Assembly: GCA_951406725.2 (NCBI GenBank)
Contig: OX597830.1
Span: 6,572,001-6,636,000, forward strand
DNA: 64,000 nt
Origin: Octopus vulgaris
Lineage: Eukaryota
Direction: 5' to 3'
In this document: one piece after another, positions 41,894 to 55,316 of the stretch
How the letters are laid out: each line of letters begins with the position of its first letter
Numbering within the stretch: position 1 is the first letter of the stretch
Program-made: the position numbers and the translations under genes
Notes under the pieces: generated by a model
What the model was told of the DNA's origin: nothing
Databases searched by the model: none
What the model saw: only the letters and a program-made list of their open reading frames with translations

Positions 41894-42090
41894 TTCAACT
41901 TTCGAAACAGGGGCAGCTATTTTGGAGGGAAGGAATAAGTCGATTATATCGACCCCAGGGTTCAACGGGTACTTATTTTATAGACTATGGAGGGATGAAA
42001 AGCAAAGTCGACTTCAGCAGTATTTGAACTCAGAACGTAAGGACGGACGAAATGCCGCTAAGCATTTCATCCGGCGTGCTAACGTTTCTG
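41894..42090 (-). mobile_element. SINE family B
   Basis: Reverse complement of the family consensus, adjacent to (TAA)n. Confidence 0.85.
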
Positions 42091-42475
42091 TTAGTAATAA
42101 TAAAAATAATAATGATGGCAACAACAACAACAACAACCACTGCAACCAGAACTGCTGCTATTCTTTTCACCTCATTCTATAAGGAATAACACAGCAACAC
42201 TTTAAACAGTTACAATAAGAACAACATCATGAAGAATAAGAAGAATATTAGTTAACAGTAAAACGAAGATCAACGGATCAATTCTTTACGTACCCTGTTG
42301 TAAATGGACGGTGGAGAAAGATTGAAACTGAGCGAGAAAAGAGAGGCAGAAATGAAAATACTGGTGGAGGAAGTGAGGAAGGAAGATAGAAAGGAAGAAG
42401 GAAGGAAGGAAGGGTAAAGAAAATGAAAGAAATTAAAGAAACAAAGTGCGCTCGTGCGTTTGTATGCGTCTGTGT

Positions 42476-42514
<39 letters not shown>

Positions 42515-42767
42515 GTCTGTGTGTGTGTGTGTGTGTGTGTGTGCGTTGCGTCCGTTAATTAGAGTAAGCGATAATGACTGACGAAAATTAGAAAGCAAGG
42601 CAGACACATGCACACACACACACACACACACAAACATAAGCAGAAGCACAAACATACACACACACCTACATGTATGTATTCATGAATGTATGCGGGTTTG
42701 TGTCTTTTTATGCGTGCGCAAGTATACATACATATATATACATACATACGTATATATACATACATAC

Positions 42768-42804
<37 letters not shown>

Positions 42805-42913
42805 CACATATATATACATATATATATACATATACATACATATAGATGCACACATACATATATATACATACATAAGTACGAATATATATATATATATAGG
42901 TATATATATAAAT

Positions 42914-42952
<39 letters not shown>

Positions 42953-42957
42953 TATAC

Positions 42958-42988
<31 letters not shown>

Positions 42989-43506
42989 AACGAAGAGAGA
43001 GATGGGGGAGCGACAGGGGAGAGTAAGGTTGTGATTGACACACGAGGGTGACACGCGACAGTGGTGGGGTGGTTGTGGGTAGGACAAAGCAGAAAGAAAC
43101 GAGAATGGAATGACAAGAAAGAGATGACTGATAAAAGAGAAAGAAGCAGAGAGACATAGAGAGGGGCCGGATTTCAAAGTGCTTATACGATTAAAATTGC
43201 TTTTAAATTGCACAAAATTTGACACTCCAACACAGACAACAAGTATATATATTTGCACCCCCACCCAAATTCACGTAGACGTTCAGGATAGTTTGTTTTT
43301 TTTATTTTATAAAAATGTTAAACTTCAAATACTTTCCCGAAGAGTTTCGTCTTTCTTTTATACTTTCAAGGAAATGGTCGACAGAAACTTCGAAGTAATT
43401 TCCAAGTCGTCGTGCGACTGTTGATCGTTATGAGGCCGAAACTTGGAAGTAATTAAAACTTTTCACTCTATATATCTGTCTATCTGTTTATGTATCTATC
43501 ATTCTG

Positions 43507-43587
<81 letters not shown>

Positions 43588-43620
43588 TTATCATTCTGTG
43601 TATCTATCTATCTATCTATA

Positions 43621-43680
<60 letters not shown>

Positions 43681-43699
43681 CTTGTATTCTATTATCTAA

Positions 43700-44010
43700 T
43701 TCACTCATTTGGCCGCGACCACGCTGAAGCATCGTCTTGAAGGTCTTTTAGTTGAAATAATCCATTCCGGCACCCATTATTTAAGCCTAGTAATGTTCTT
43801 TCGGTTTCTTTAGCAGAACCTCAAAGTTACGGGAACCTAAATACTCCAACACTGGTTGTCGAACGGTGATAGGGGACATAGGGGACATAGGGGACAAACA
43901 CAGCCACAAAGACAAACGCACGCACACACACACACACACATATACGACGGGCTTCTTTCAGTTTCTGCCAACCGAATCCACTCACAAGGGCTTTGGTCGG
44001 CCCGTGGCAC
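43700..44010 (-). mobile_element. SINE family A, truncated
   Basis: cgacgggcttctttcagtttc...ctttggtcggccc. Confidence 0.75.
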
Positions 44011-44099
44011 TACTGGAAGTAGTTTCACAGCTGATGTGATAGCGTGCAGTTTGCTAAACCGAAACACTCTACAGGGTCCAAAGAGCCGATTATGTTTAA

Positions 44100-45216
44100 C
44101 TAGCAGCATAGCCCGGCGTTGCCCGGGTATGTAAGAGCCCCTAGTAGGCAACGATTAATCCCAATCTAGTCCTTTCCCTCTAGGGAACGAAGGTGCATGT
44201 GTAGGTTGCAACGTCTTCTCTTCACTCCCAAATAACTATCAAACAGCTATCGATAATTCAACCCAACCAAGAAGAAATTACATTCGAGATTTTACCCCCA
44301 ACACCACCACTTCTGCCGCAAGTTATTCGAATTCTTTTTTTGTATAAACTTTCTTTATAACTATCACCCCAAACGTTTTACCTTAAATTTTTGACGTACC
44401 CTAAGGGTCCTCGGACGCTACTTGCAAACTCTTGGTTTATTATAAACCGCTTTTGTCGTGTGCACCAAAAAAATCTTTTCCATTCGTTTGCTCAGTTTGG
44501 TCACTTTTGACATTTTCGTTGTTGTCACTCACATTGCTGCCCGCTTTTTTTCCGTTTTCATACATTTTTATACATTTTGGGATACTTAACCCACGTGTTC
44601 CGAGAGTTAAAAAGGTCGAGTTGCGTCCCCTAGACAGTCTGTGGTTTGTGTTTGATACACAAATCGGTTTGCTATGTGTGCCACATATGATTTAATTAAC
44701 CGATATTTTCCAGTAATAAGGTATCCTATTGGAATAAAAAGAGCCATATAGCTCCTTGTGAATTTTTAAAAAAATTCCTGCCAATTTGTTAAAGATATTG
44801 TCGAAAATATGTCATCTTGAATTTGAACGCGATTTCCCAAAATGGCATGATTTTATCGATTTTTTCTGATGCTAAGGTATTGCACAGAAAACTAACGTCA
44901 GAATTAAGTTTCTTAGGGTAACATTAAGCTTCACCTTGAGTTTGGTGAAAATCGATTGCAAGTTGCGAAAACTACAACAGAAAATGTGTTGCATATAAAA
45001 AGGTTAGATTCTCGACCCCATGTCGAATTTATTAATTTTTTCCATACCTGGGGGAATTTTTCAAAATTTTCTCTGCGTTAGTTTTGAATTATGACATTGG
45101 GCTATGTGTGTGTCAAGTTTCATCAGAATCGGTTGAAAGCCGTGGTCAGGTGAGGGTACAACCTGACAGACACAGAGACACACAGACAGACAAACTGCCG
45201 TTTATATAGAGAGAGA
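44100..45216 (-). mobile_element. Non-autonomous Helitron with both termini
   Basis: 5' TC, 3' hairpin cccgggcaacgccggg about 8 nt before the terminal CTAG, inserted between A and T, no TSD. Confidence 0.88.
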
Positions 45217-45786
45217 TCTTGTTGACAGATGCTAAGATTCGAACTCTGAACACATGGAGATTAAATCGATACCGCTTGCCATATAGCAGCACGATTTAAC
45301 AACCTACATGTCCAGTCCTTTGTTGGTGGTTTATGAGTACATTTTTATCGACCCCGAATTAATTCGGAAACCAGGGGGAGGTCCCGAAAAACGACATACT
45401 GTTTTATAGGAGGTGGATAATTAGCTTTTTGTGAACAAAATACTTAATGAAACTTATGGATAAGGAGTGTATAACAGATCAAATTCAGTAGTCTAGTAAA
45501 GCCCACAGATTAAGCAGACTAATCGATTTTATCCGCTATCCCCTGAGCAATAGTGCCGCCTACTATCTAACAAACTCCCTCAAATACAACTTATCTCGAA
45601 AACTTTCACAACCCTTTGTTCATTGATTCTAATTCCTGGTTTAACTTTGCAAAATCTGAAGCATATTATTCTCAGGAATGAAAATTTATACAATTGTATC
45701 TCTTTTAACTCTTCAAAGTCACAATGCACAACAACAACAGAGCAAAGCTTCCATCGTGGAAATTCGCAGCTCTTGAACTGCCCTAA

Positions 45787-45849
<63 letters not shown>

Positions 45850-45855
45850 CATACA

Positions 45856-45925
<70 letters not shown>

Positions 45926-45974
45926 GCACGGTTTATTCGTGATCAGAGTAGTTCGAAAACGGAGGTTCTACTGT

Positions 45975-46025
<51 letters not shown>

Positions 46026-46031
<6 letters not shown>

Positions 46032-46274
46032 CGGTAGCCATGATAAAACTCGGAGTTTCGGATGCCGAGGTGGAAATCTACGCCGCCATCTCTTCAGTTA
46101 TCAGCCGGATAACAGAAGAGATGGTGGCGTGGATTTCCACCTCAGCATCCGAAACTCAGAGTTTTATCATGGTTACCGAATAATTGTCACATATTACATT
46201 TACACATAAATTCCTCTATTTACATAGTATCGAGGTCTCTTTCATTCTTTTGTTGTCTTACATTTTTTATCAAT
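46026..46274 (+). mobile_element. Fold-back element in (TA)n; arms 46026-46102 and 46108-46184, tail to 46274
   Basis: 77-bp arms, each spanning a hammerhead; same family at 48321-48505. Confidence 0.9.
46042..46102 (-). ncRNA. Type I hammerhead ribozyme motif (mutated partner on + at 46108-46168)
   Basis: gataa-CTGAAGA-gatg..catc-c-GAAA-ctc-c-gag-TT-ttatc. Confidence 0.78.
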
Positions 46275-46520
46275 ATGTATATATATTTATATATATATGT
46301 GTGTGTATGTAGTAGTAGTAGTAGTAGGAGGAGGAGGAGGAGGAGGAGAAGCTGCAGGTGCTGGGTGTTAGTTTGACTGTACGTGACGTGTATGTGTCTG
46401 TGTGTGAGGGTGCATCTTTTGGAGAAAGGTATGGATCTGAACGTATAAATTTATGAGCGCCTGTATCTAGACCAATAACTGCCTATGAGTTTGTCTATTA
46501 GTTAATCAACCAACCAATCA

Positions 46521-46590
<70 letters not shown>

Positions 46591-46623
46591 TTATCTATAT
46601 ATATATATATATATATATATATA

Positions 46624-46800
46624 ACGGGAAAGTTTACGAAAATTAACAAAACACGAAGGCAGGTGGAGTACAAACAAGCAAATGTATTAGTATAGCGCTC
46701 AGAAATAGAAAAAGTCTTTTACGTTTCGAGCCTACGCTCTTCGACAGAAAGATACACAGAAAAAAAAACAAGGAGAGAAAAAATGCGTGTAGGAGCTAGG
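46624..46800 (-). mobile_element. PLE-type terminal repeat fragment abutting (TA)n, with a variant hammerhead-like motif (46715-46752)
   Basis: Minus strand tcttt-ctgtcgaa-gagc-gtag-gctc-GAAA-cg-TA-aaaga. Confidence 0.5.
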
Positions 46801-47314
46801 AAAAAAGAGAGTCACTTACTGTAATGTGACTTTGTATGACATTATTGCACAAGGTTACAGTGGTCTTTTCCTTAGGCTTTTCTTTCCACGGATAAACCTA
46901 ATCTGTTTTTTTCTTTTTTGTAATATTTTCAATATTTTCTGTGATACACGATCCCTTTCGATTGGCGGGTTTTTTTTGTGTTCACTATTCATTTTCATGG
47001 AAATTTTATTTTTCTCCTTTTTCTTTCTTCAAAAGAAAAGCTCTATATTGTATTTTGTCACCTCTGTGTTCGGCTCTGTGTGGTTAATAAAGAAATATAT
47101 CTATTTAGCTATCTATCTATACACACACATACACACACACACACATTCACACATTCACTCACACACGCACTGTTCTCAATGTCTCAATCACAATATATTT
47201 ATATTTACCGATCTCTACAGATGGAACAGCCAGAATATACTCTTACATCTTACAGAGCTGAAAATAACTACAGCGACACACAAACATATATCATATCTAA
47301 TATTTCGGAAGTGT

Positions 47315-47522
47315 AAGGCTGGCAGAAGCGTAAGCACACCAGACGAAATGCTTAGCGGCATTTCGTTCGACTCTACGTTCTGAGTTCAAATTCTGTCGAA
47401 TTCGATTTTGTCCTTCGTTCTTTAGGGGTCTATAAAATTAAGGACCGGTTAAGCATCGGGATCAGGTAATCGACTTACCAGCTACCCCTAAATTACAGGC
47501 CTAGTATCTTAATTCGGAACCA
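47315..47522 (+). mobile_element. SINE family B
   Basis: gctggcagaagcgtaagcacacc...ttctgagttcaaattc. Confidence 0.85.
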
Positions 47523-47885
47523 AAATTTCAGAGTATGATTTGCCTTGGAAGAGCTGAGACAGAGTGTTGCAATTGAAACAAATGCAGCATGGACGAAACA
47601 TATTAGACATTAAAGAACACAGAAACAATATTAAATATGCTTAAACGTTTGTTATTCGGTGTCAGTGACCAGGTCGCAGTTTGTGCGAAGAAAATTTTGA
47701 TATCAAATAATAAATGTTCAATTGAAGTTCAGCGTCTTTGTTTTGAATGACTAATTTGTGTCTTCCTCGCTGTATATTTGTACATACATATACATACACA
47801 CACACATCACAAACACATCACACACACAAACATATATGTTTATATACATACGTATATGTGCATGTATATATACTTGTATATGTTC

Positions 47886-47934
<49 letters not shown>

Positions 47935-48155
47935 CATATATATATATATATATATACATACATAGACACATATGTATATATGTATATACACATCAAAAAA
48001 GACACACCCAGACATATGCATTACTTCTAGAATAATTCTACATACTAACACTAAGAAAATAACTTTTAATTATACTTCACTGAACCTCAAAGAATTTTTA
48101 TTCTGTGATGTCTCCAAATGCAAATTTAGTTTGTATGAATAAGATTTATTTATAT

Positions 48156-48305
48156 AGGCGCAGGCGTGATTGTGTAGAAAGAAGCTTGCTTCCCAGCGAC
48201 ATGGCTCCAGGTTCAATCCCACACCGTGGTGTCATCCGCTATTACCACGGGTCGACCAAAGTCTTGTGAGTAGATTTGTTAGATGGGAACTGAAAAAGGC
48301 AGTCA
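48156..48305 (+). mobile_element. SINE family A, 5' half
   Basis: aggcgcaggcgtgattgtgtag...ggttcaatccc. Confidence 0.78.
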
Positions 48306-48320
48306 TATATATATATATAT

Positions 48321-48505
48321 GTAAATATAATATGTGACAATTATTCGGTAGCCAAGATAAAACACTGAGTTTCGGATGCCAAGGGGGAAATCCACACCAC
48401 CATCTCTCCTGTTATAATAGCATATTATATTTACAGATAAATTCCTCTATTTACATAATATTGATGGCTCTTTCTTTCTTTTGTTATCTCACCGTTTCTA
48501 CCAAT
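48321..48505 (+). mobile_element. Fold-back element, same family as 46026-46274, with different inversion geometry
   Basis: Inverted segment 48321-48416 joined to a direct tail from 48421; only 14 bp overlap as arms. Confidence 0.8.
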
Positions 48506-48532
48506 ATATACATACATATATATATATATATT

Positions 48533-48725
48533 CCGTTTTGGGATTTGGTTTGCAAGATTCTTTATATGAGTTCGTGTGTTGAAGCATATTCTGTTGTGTC
48601 TGGGGAGAGTCATTTTCTTTTTGTGCCTTATAATGTAACACACTCACCGGTAAAATTTCCACTTATTTCTTATTTTTATTTTCCTAAAATTTTCATTGTC
48701 TTGCAGCCTTTTCAATAGTCTTGAC
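48533..48725 (-). mobile_element. Second copy of the 857-1146 family, without an inverted arm, 3' end on (TA)n
   Basis: Near identical to 860-986 and to the reverse complement of 1005-1075. Confidence 0.8.
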
Positions 48726-49459
48726 CCTGTCCGTTATCTACACTGCGTTCCCTTTTGTTTGTTTGTGCGCATGTGTATGGGTCAGTGTGTGTGTGTGCCT
48801 ATACATGCATGCATGTCCGTATGTATGTATATGTGTCTTTAACATGTGTATGTATGTGTGTGTATGCATATGTATATATGTATGTATGTGTGTGCATCTG
48901 TATGTACGTATCCTGCATATTTATGTGCTTGCATGTCCGTGTTTGTGTATTTTCTATGTATGTGTGAGCATGTGTTTGTATATGTATGCACCTCTGTCTC
49001 CTTGTATGTGCATGTCTGTGTGTGTGTGTGTGTGGTATGCAACTATGTACCATGTTTGTATGTATGGATGTGCATCTTTATATGTGTGGATCCGTGTCTC
49101 CGGTTGTGTCTGTTCTTGTAACCTATGTACCTATCCGTCTCTATGTTAATCTGTATGTTGAAAGAAAGAAATGGAGAAATATGGATGTGTAAATCATTTA
49201 TTAGCAGGATATAAATATGTTGAAGTTTTTTTTTATATAGTAAAAATACAAATAAATTATAAGCTACACAGCTCTAAAAGAATCATATGTAGGTTTTCCG
49301 CATCTACTGTTTCTGTTGGAACTGTGCAACTTATAGTTTATTTGTATTGTTATTATATAAAACAAAATTTAACATCCTTATATCGTATAAATAAAAATAT
49401 TCACACATTCATATTTCTCCATTTTCCTTCTTTCTGTATAGTAATAATATAGTATAGTA

Positions 49460-49745
49460 ATTCAAAATCCACCGGGGTCGACTTTGCATTTCATCCTTTG
49501 GAGGTCGATAAATTAAGTACCAGTTGCATACTGGGGTCGATCTAATCGACTGGCCATCTTGACAATTGGTGTTGATGTGTTTACCTCCCGTAACTTAGCA
49601 GTTCGGCAAAAGATTCCGTTATAATAAGTACTACGCTGTTAAGAACAAATACAGTTCTGGTGTAGATTTTTTTTGGCTAAAAACTTTCTAGGGGATGCCC
49701 CAGCATGGCCGCAGTGAAATGCCTGAAATAACTGAAATCTAAAAG
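49460..49745 (+). mobile_element. SINE B core fused to SINE A 3' half
   Basis: B core 49460-49555 runs directly into the A segment cttgacaattggtgttgatgtg. Confidence 0.7.
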
Positions 49746-50074
49746 ATATCTCAGATGGAGACAGAACAGACATTATTAGGAGAGGAAATAAAAAGAAAAT
49801 GGGTCTCATGATATTGGACACTGTATATTTTCTTATAGATTTAGTTAATCGAGCATAAGTAAGGTCCTTCGTGATTGGTGGATTGAAGAGGAACATACTT
49901 GCACGCCACCTGGATGGATGCAAAGCAAAAACAATGCAGATACGACATAGATTTTCCGAAACATTTGGATAACTGGTTTTTCCGAACAAGGAGTGATCCC
50001 CTTCATCAATACACTCTAAATTAAAGAAATATTAAGCTATACTTGAATGATTAAATGAAGTACAGGTGAACATT

Positions 50075-50440
<366 letters not shown>

Positions 50441-50829
50441 GAAGAAAAAAGGTATCAGTAGATTAGTGTAAATTAGTGCGGATTAAATGAGTTCCCAGGA
50501 CCATCGAACACTTAAAAGTCGGTGCTGTAGTGTCTGTGTTCTAGCACGACCTCAAACATGGTATGCTTCTGTTTACTTTGGGCTGGAGAAAAATATCATG
50601 GTTATTCCTACCATATGCCGCCTCAGATCTATGAGATATGTAATATTAATGCTCTTCTGAAACCGTTTGAGCCGTCATTGCGGTAGAGACATGTACAGAG
50701 AAAGGAATTCCAGAGGGTTTTTCTTCTGAAGTGCAAGCATTTTCCACACTGTGGTTAATTTGGCCTTGTCTGAGCTGGGAAACAAATACGTGTCGCACGA
50801 TTAGAAATGTGTGTATATGCATACACACC

Positions 50830-51290
50830 TACCTAGGCAATGGCTTTCATGGCTTCTGGTCTGCATTGATTGAAAGTGTTATCACAATACATATTTCGTC
50901 TTAGTGTAAAAGATGGGCTATAGCGAAGATTCTCCTTAATACCACAGATTTGCTGACCATAGCCCGTTGCCTAAACAAATTTGTTGAGAGGAATTCTTTT
51001 GGGTTTGAATAATGCAATCCTGAAAGCATGGGTGTTTCGTTCATCATCATTAACCAATCCTTATTCAGAGACCTTTTCGATCCCCAAAAAATTCTAACTG
51101 AGCGACCCCACTGCAAGGTCATGCGCTGTTTATTTTGATATAATGTCACTATTATGCGCACATGTGCTTGTGATCCATGTGCCTGGTGTACCCTTATCAG
51201 AAGGGTAGTCACGGTGAGTATATTGGGCTTTGTATGTTTGTGCCCTAGTGTCACTTTGATGGTATGTTCAAATACCTCACTCAATAATAT
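50830..51290 (+). mobile_element. Family D non-coding retroelement, near full length and diverged
   Basis: Joins the sequences of 38064-38409 and 6507-6768; ends cactcaataata. Confidence 0.75.
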
Positions 51291-52171
51291 ATATGTATGT
51301 ATATGAGGGTGAATATGTATGCGTTTATACACGCATAGTGTTGTATGAGAGTTGAGGCTTCACGGAAAGACCCTTCTTTGGGGAACAGTGACCAAGTTCA
51401 GAATGTGTTATGAGACGTATTTACCATAAAAAGTTTTCTTAGTAACTCAGAATTTATAAAAAGTATTTCTATGTGTATTGTAACCGTATACGATATCTAA
51501 TTATACTTACAGATATATGCAAGTTTCTTAAGGCTGAAACATACAGCTGCTGCTCTCTTTATTATGGTTACTGAGTTAGAGTTTAGTGGATAGTTAAGGA
51601 GTCAAAGTCTAGTCATTTAATGCAGCAGAAGGACTCCACACAGCGGGAAAATCAAGGAATTGTCACCTTCAGAACTATGGCTCCTCAAATATTTGCATGA
51701 GAATACACAACCGAGTAGATGGAGGCATTTATCGGGATGACGGAACAGCACTTCTTTCTAAAGACAACCTACACATGGATTCCGTTTAATTTCCGATTCA
51801 TTGCTTGCATAAGAAGCATGAAACACACTCGACAAAGACACCGTTCGCTCGGTTTGAACCATGAAACATGTGCTAGAGAAACAGAGTTATTAACTGTATG
51901 TTCAAGACTGTAGTAGCAGCGCCAGTAAAGACTTAAGATTTGGAATACATCTACCGATTTATATTTAGAATATAATGTTACTTCGTTGAATTATCTTCAT
52001 TGATTTTTCAGTGATTTCATGTTGAAACACACACAAACACACACATGCACACACACACACATATACACACTCATGTATATCGGTGTGTGTGTGAGTTTAT
52101 ATGTTTATATGTTAATATGCATATATATATATATATGTGTGTGTGTATATATAGAAATATACAAGTATCTA

Positions 52172-52238
<67 letters not shown>

Positions 52239-52440
52239 TTACATATGTATATGTATGTATGTACGCATGTATATATATGTATTATGTATATATATATATA
52301 TATATATATAAATATATATATTTGTACGTATGCCTTTACTCATATATTTATACGTATATAATCAACATGCATATATGCGTAAATATAAGCATGAATATAA
52401 TATATACATAGGAACATATTTACATGGATATTTATATATT

Positions 52441-52480
<40 letters not shown>

Positions 52481-52612
52481 CATATATATATATGCATACG
52501 TACATATACATGTATACATTTTACCTAAATACATACATGTATACACACACGTGTGCACTTATTGTTACACATGCACACAAACATACATATCTACGTATAC
52601 ATACATACACGT

Positions 52613-52650
<38 letters not shown>

Positions 52651-53527
52651 GTGTATATGTATATATATATACATATATATATATATATTAACATATATAT
52701 ATATATATATATATGTTTTATGTATGTATGTATATATTATATTCACGCCTATATGTGTATGAATCAGAAAGACGGGTCATAAAATGTATAATTTTGGACG
52801 TTCCATTATTAAAAGCGTCTGCAGACGTATTTCCAAATGGATGGCTATTTCTGGTTTTAGTGTTCTGCATTTTATTCATTCTTTGATAGACGATTTATCA
52901 TGACATATATGGAGGTAGTTACATCAAAGTTTCTGGAAGAAAGAGGCAGAGAGAGAAGAAGAGAGAGAGAGAGAGAGAGAGAGAAGGGAAGACAAAGTGA
53001 GGCAGAGAGAGAGAGAGAGAGAAATGTCGAAACTTTTTTGTAAGTATTGACATATTTATATTTGATTACGTGCATATATACATACATACGCATACATGTT
53101 CATACAAGTAAACTTATATATGTATATATATATTTGTGTGTGAGTGTGTGCATGTATAATTATGTATGTGCGTGTTCTTTCGTCACATGTAAGGGACTAT
53201 AAAAGCATTAATAAACTGAATATTTACATAATATATATTTGACTATATACTGTATGTATGTATATAATTATATATATGTGTGTCTGTGTGTGTGTGTTTA
53301 TATACGCATACACAAACGCATACATGTATATATATATATATTATATATGTGTGTATATATATCTGTGCGTGTGTGTGTATGTATATATATACATATATAT
53401 AAGTATAATGGCATATATATATATATGTGTGTATATATACAAATAGACAAATCTTTTATGTACATGTGTATTTATATAGATATAAGTTCGCTATCTCTCT
53501 ATACATACAGACAAACTCACACACACT

Positions 53528-53563
<36 letters not shown>

Positions 53564-53990
53564 CTTATATACACATACATAAATATACATACAAACACAC
53601 ACACACGCGCGCGCGCACATACACACACACATACACACACACACACACATATATATATATAACGGTTCCGTCTTCTATATGGACAGTATCCCAGTCGTTG
53701 GATAGTACATAAATAAACGAAGAAATGGCTACAATGAGAATGGCATTATTAATCATATTCTTCAATGGCGAAATACACATTTGATCTGTCTCCATCTTTG
53801 TTTTTATACCCGGTAAATCAATGCGATTCTTTCTCCCTGTTGTAATTTTCGAGGTGGAATTTGTTTTTGTGACGACATTTTTACATTATCTCCAGTTTTC
53901 TCTTTAAATTATACGTTTGTTGCTGCTCTTGTTCATATTATTATTATTATTATTATTATTACTACTACTACTACTGCCCACTACTACTAC

Positions 53991-54045
<55 letters not shown>

Positions 54046-54050
<5 letters not shown>

Positions 54051-54963
54051 GTATGTTGTGTTCGATGATTCGTCAGGTGACATTGAAATTGTCACTATAA
54101 CTTCCGCGCAGTCGTCGTACAGATCTGGAGAATTCCTTCCTTCAGGTCTACAAAAACATATATTGCTTTTGTCCTTGTTGGCCATCTGATATACTACATG
54201 CTCTTTATAGATTTTTTGTTCCTATTACAATATCTTCCGAACTTCATTACACAATTTTCATCAGGAAAAAAACCTCTTTTCGTTTACAGTTGTACCTGTT
54301 TTCTCGGATAATGCATGAAGTTCACTCTTTTCCGTGCAACTATAACTCACCTTAATCTTGTTTTTGTTAAACATATTTGGTAACTATGACTAGTTGAGCA
54401 CCGTTTTCACTCACAATTCGTTTCGTATTTATGTCGGCAGTGTACAATTTGCAGATTCCACTTGCAGTTTTAATACGTTAAACAACTATGCAACAGTTCC
54501 AAGTTTGTCTCCATGCACTTATAACCTCTACAAGGAAAATTTACAATCTCAAAGGTATATCACAGTACGTTATGCTCTTTGTATAGAGGATATCAAGCTT
54601 ATTGGCAGCTGAAATACATAGATGGCAAATATTTTCGAGAATACTAAAACACCGTAGGCCGGTTGCCAAAACTGTGTTTTGGTCTTGATAAGTGTGTCAG
54701 AACTGCCTCCCTGCAAAGTAAGTTGGCCAATTCAATAACAAAAGAAAATCGATCGGAATACGGTAATTGCAGGCAAGTCAGATATACCTGTAGCGAGATA
54801 TCATCCATAAGAAAGCGGATAAATCATAGGGAGATCAAAGCGAAGTTTATATATATATATACTATAAGTATGGGTATATTGTGTTCGATGATATAAGACG
54901 TCAGGTAGAGAGGGAGAGAGAGCGAGAGAGACTTCCGAGAGTCGTCGTACAGATCTGGAGAAT
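54046..54963 (-). mobile_element. Decayed Penelope-like element with direct terminal repeats (54046-54133 and 54869-54963)
   Basis: Minus strand NMFNKNKIKVSYSCT (54333-54377), then YNCKRK..ENC and VVYQ, matching the PLE RT/GIY-YIG linker; 3' end on (TA)n. Confidence 0.6.
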
Positions 54964-54976
54964 GAATTATAGATAC

Positions 54977-55270
54977 AAATATAGCAGTACAACAAGATGT
55001 GTATATTGGTGTGTATATAAGTAGTCTTTCATTCTTTTATTCTTTTATCTGTTTCAGTCATTTGACTGCGGCCACGCTGGAGCACCGTCCTTAGTCAAGC
55101 GATTTTAGGGGTACAACCACAGACATACAAACACATACATACATACGACGGGCTTCTTCCAGTTTCCGTCTCCGAAATCCACTCACAAGTGTTTGGTCGA
55201 CACAAGGCTATAGTAGAAGACACTTACCCAAGGTACCAACGATGTAGTTGGTAAGCAAGCTATTTAGCAC

Positions 55271-55316
<46 letters not shown>

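Noticed and set aside
45923-45975. Tigger/pogo-like TIR end (cagtagaacctcc on the minus strand)
   Set aside because: Single end only; partner TIR not found.
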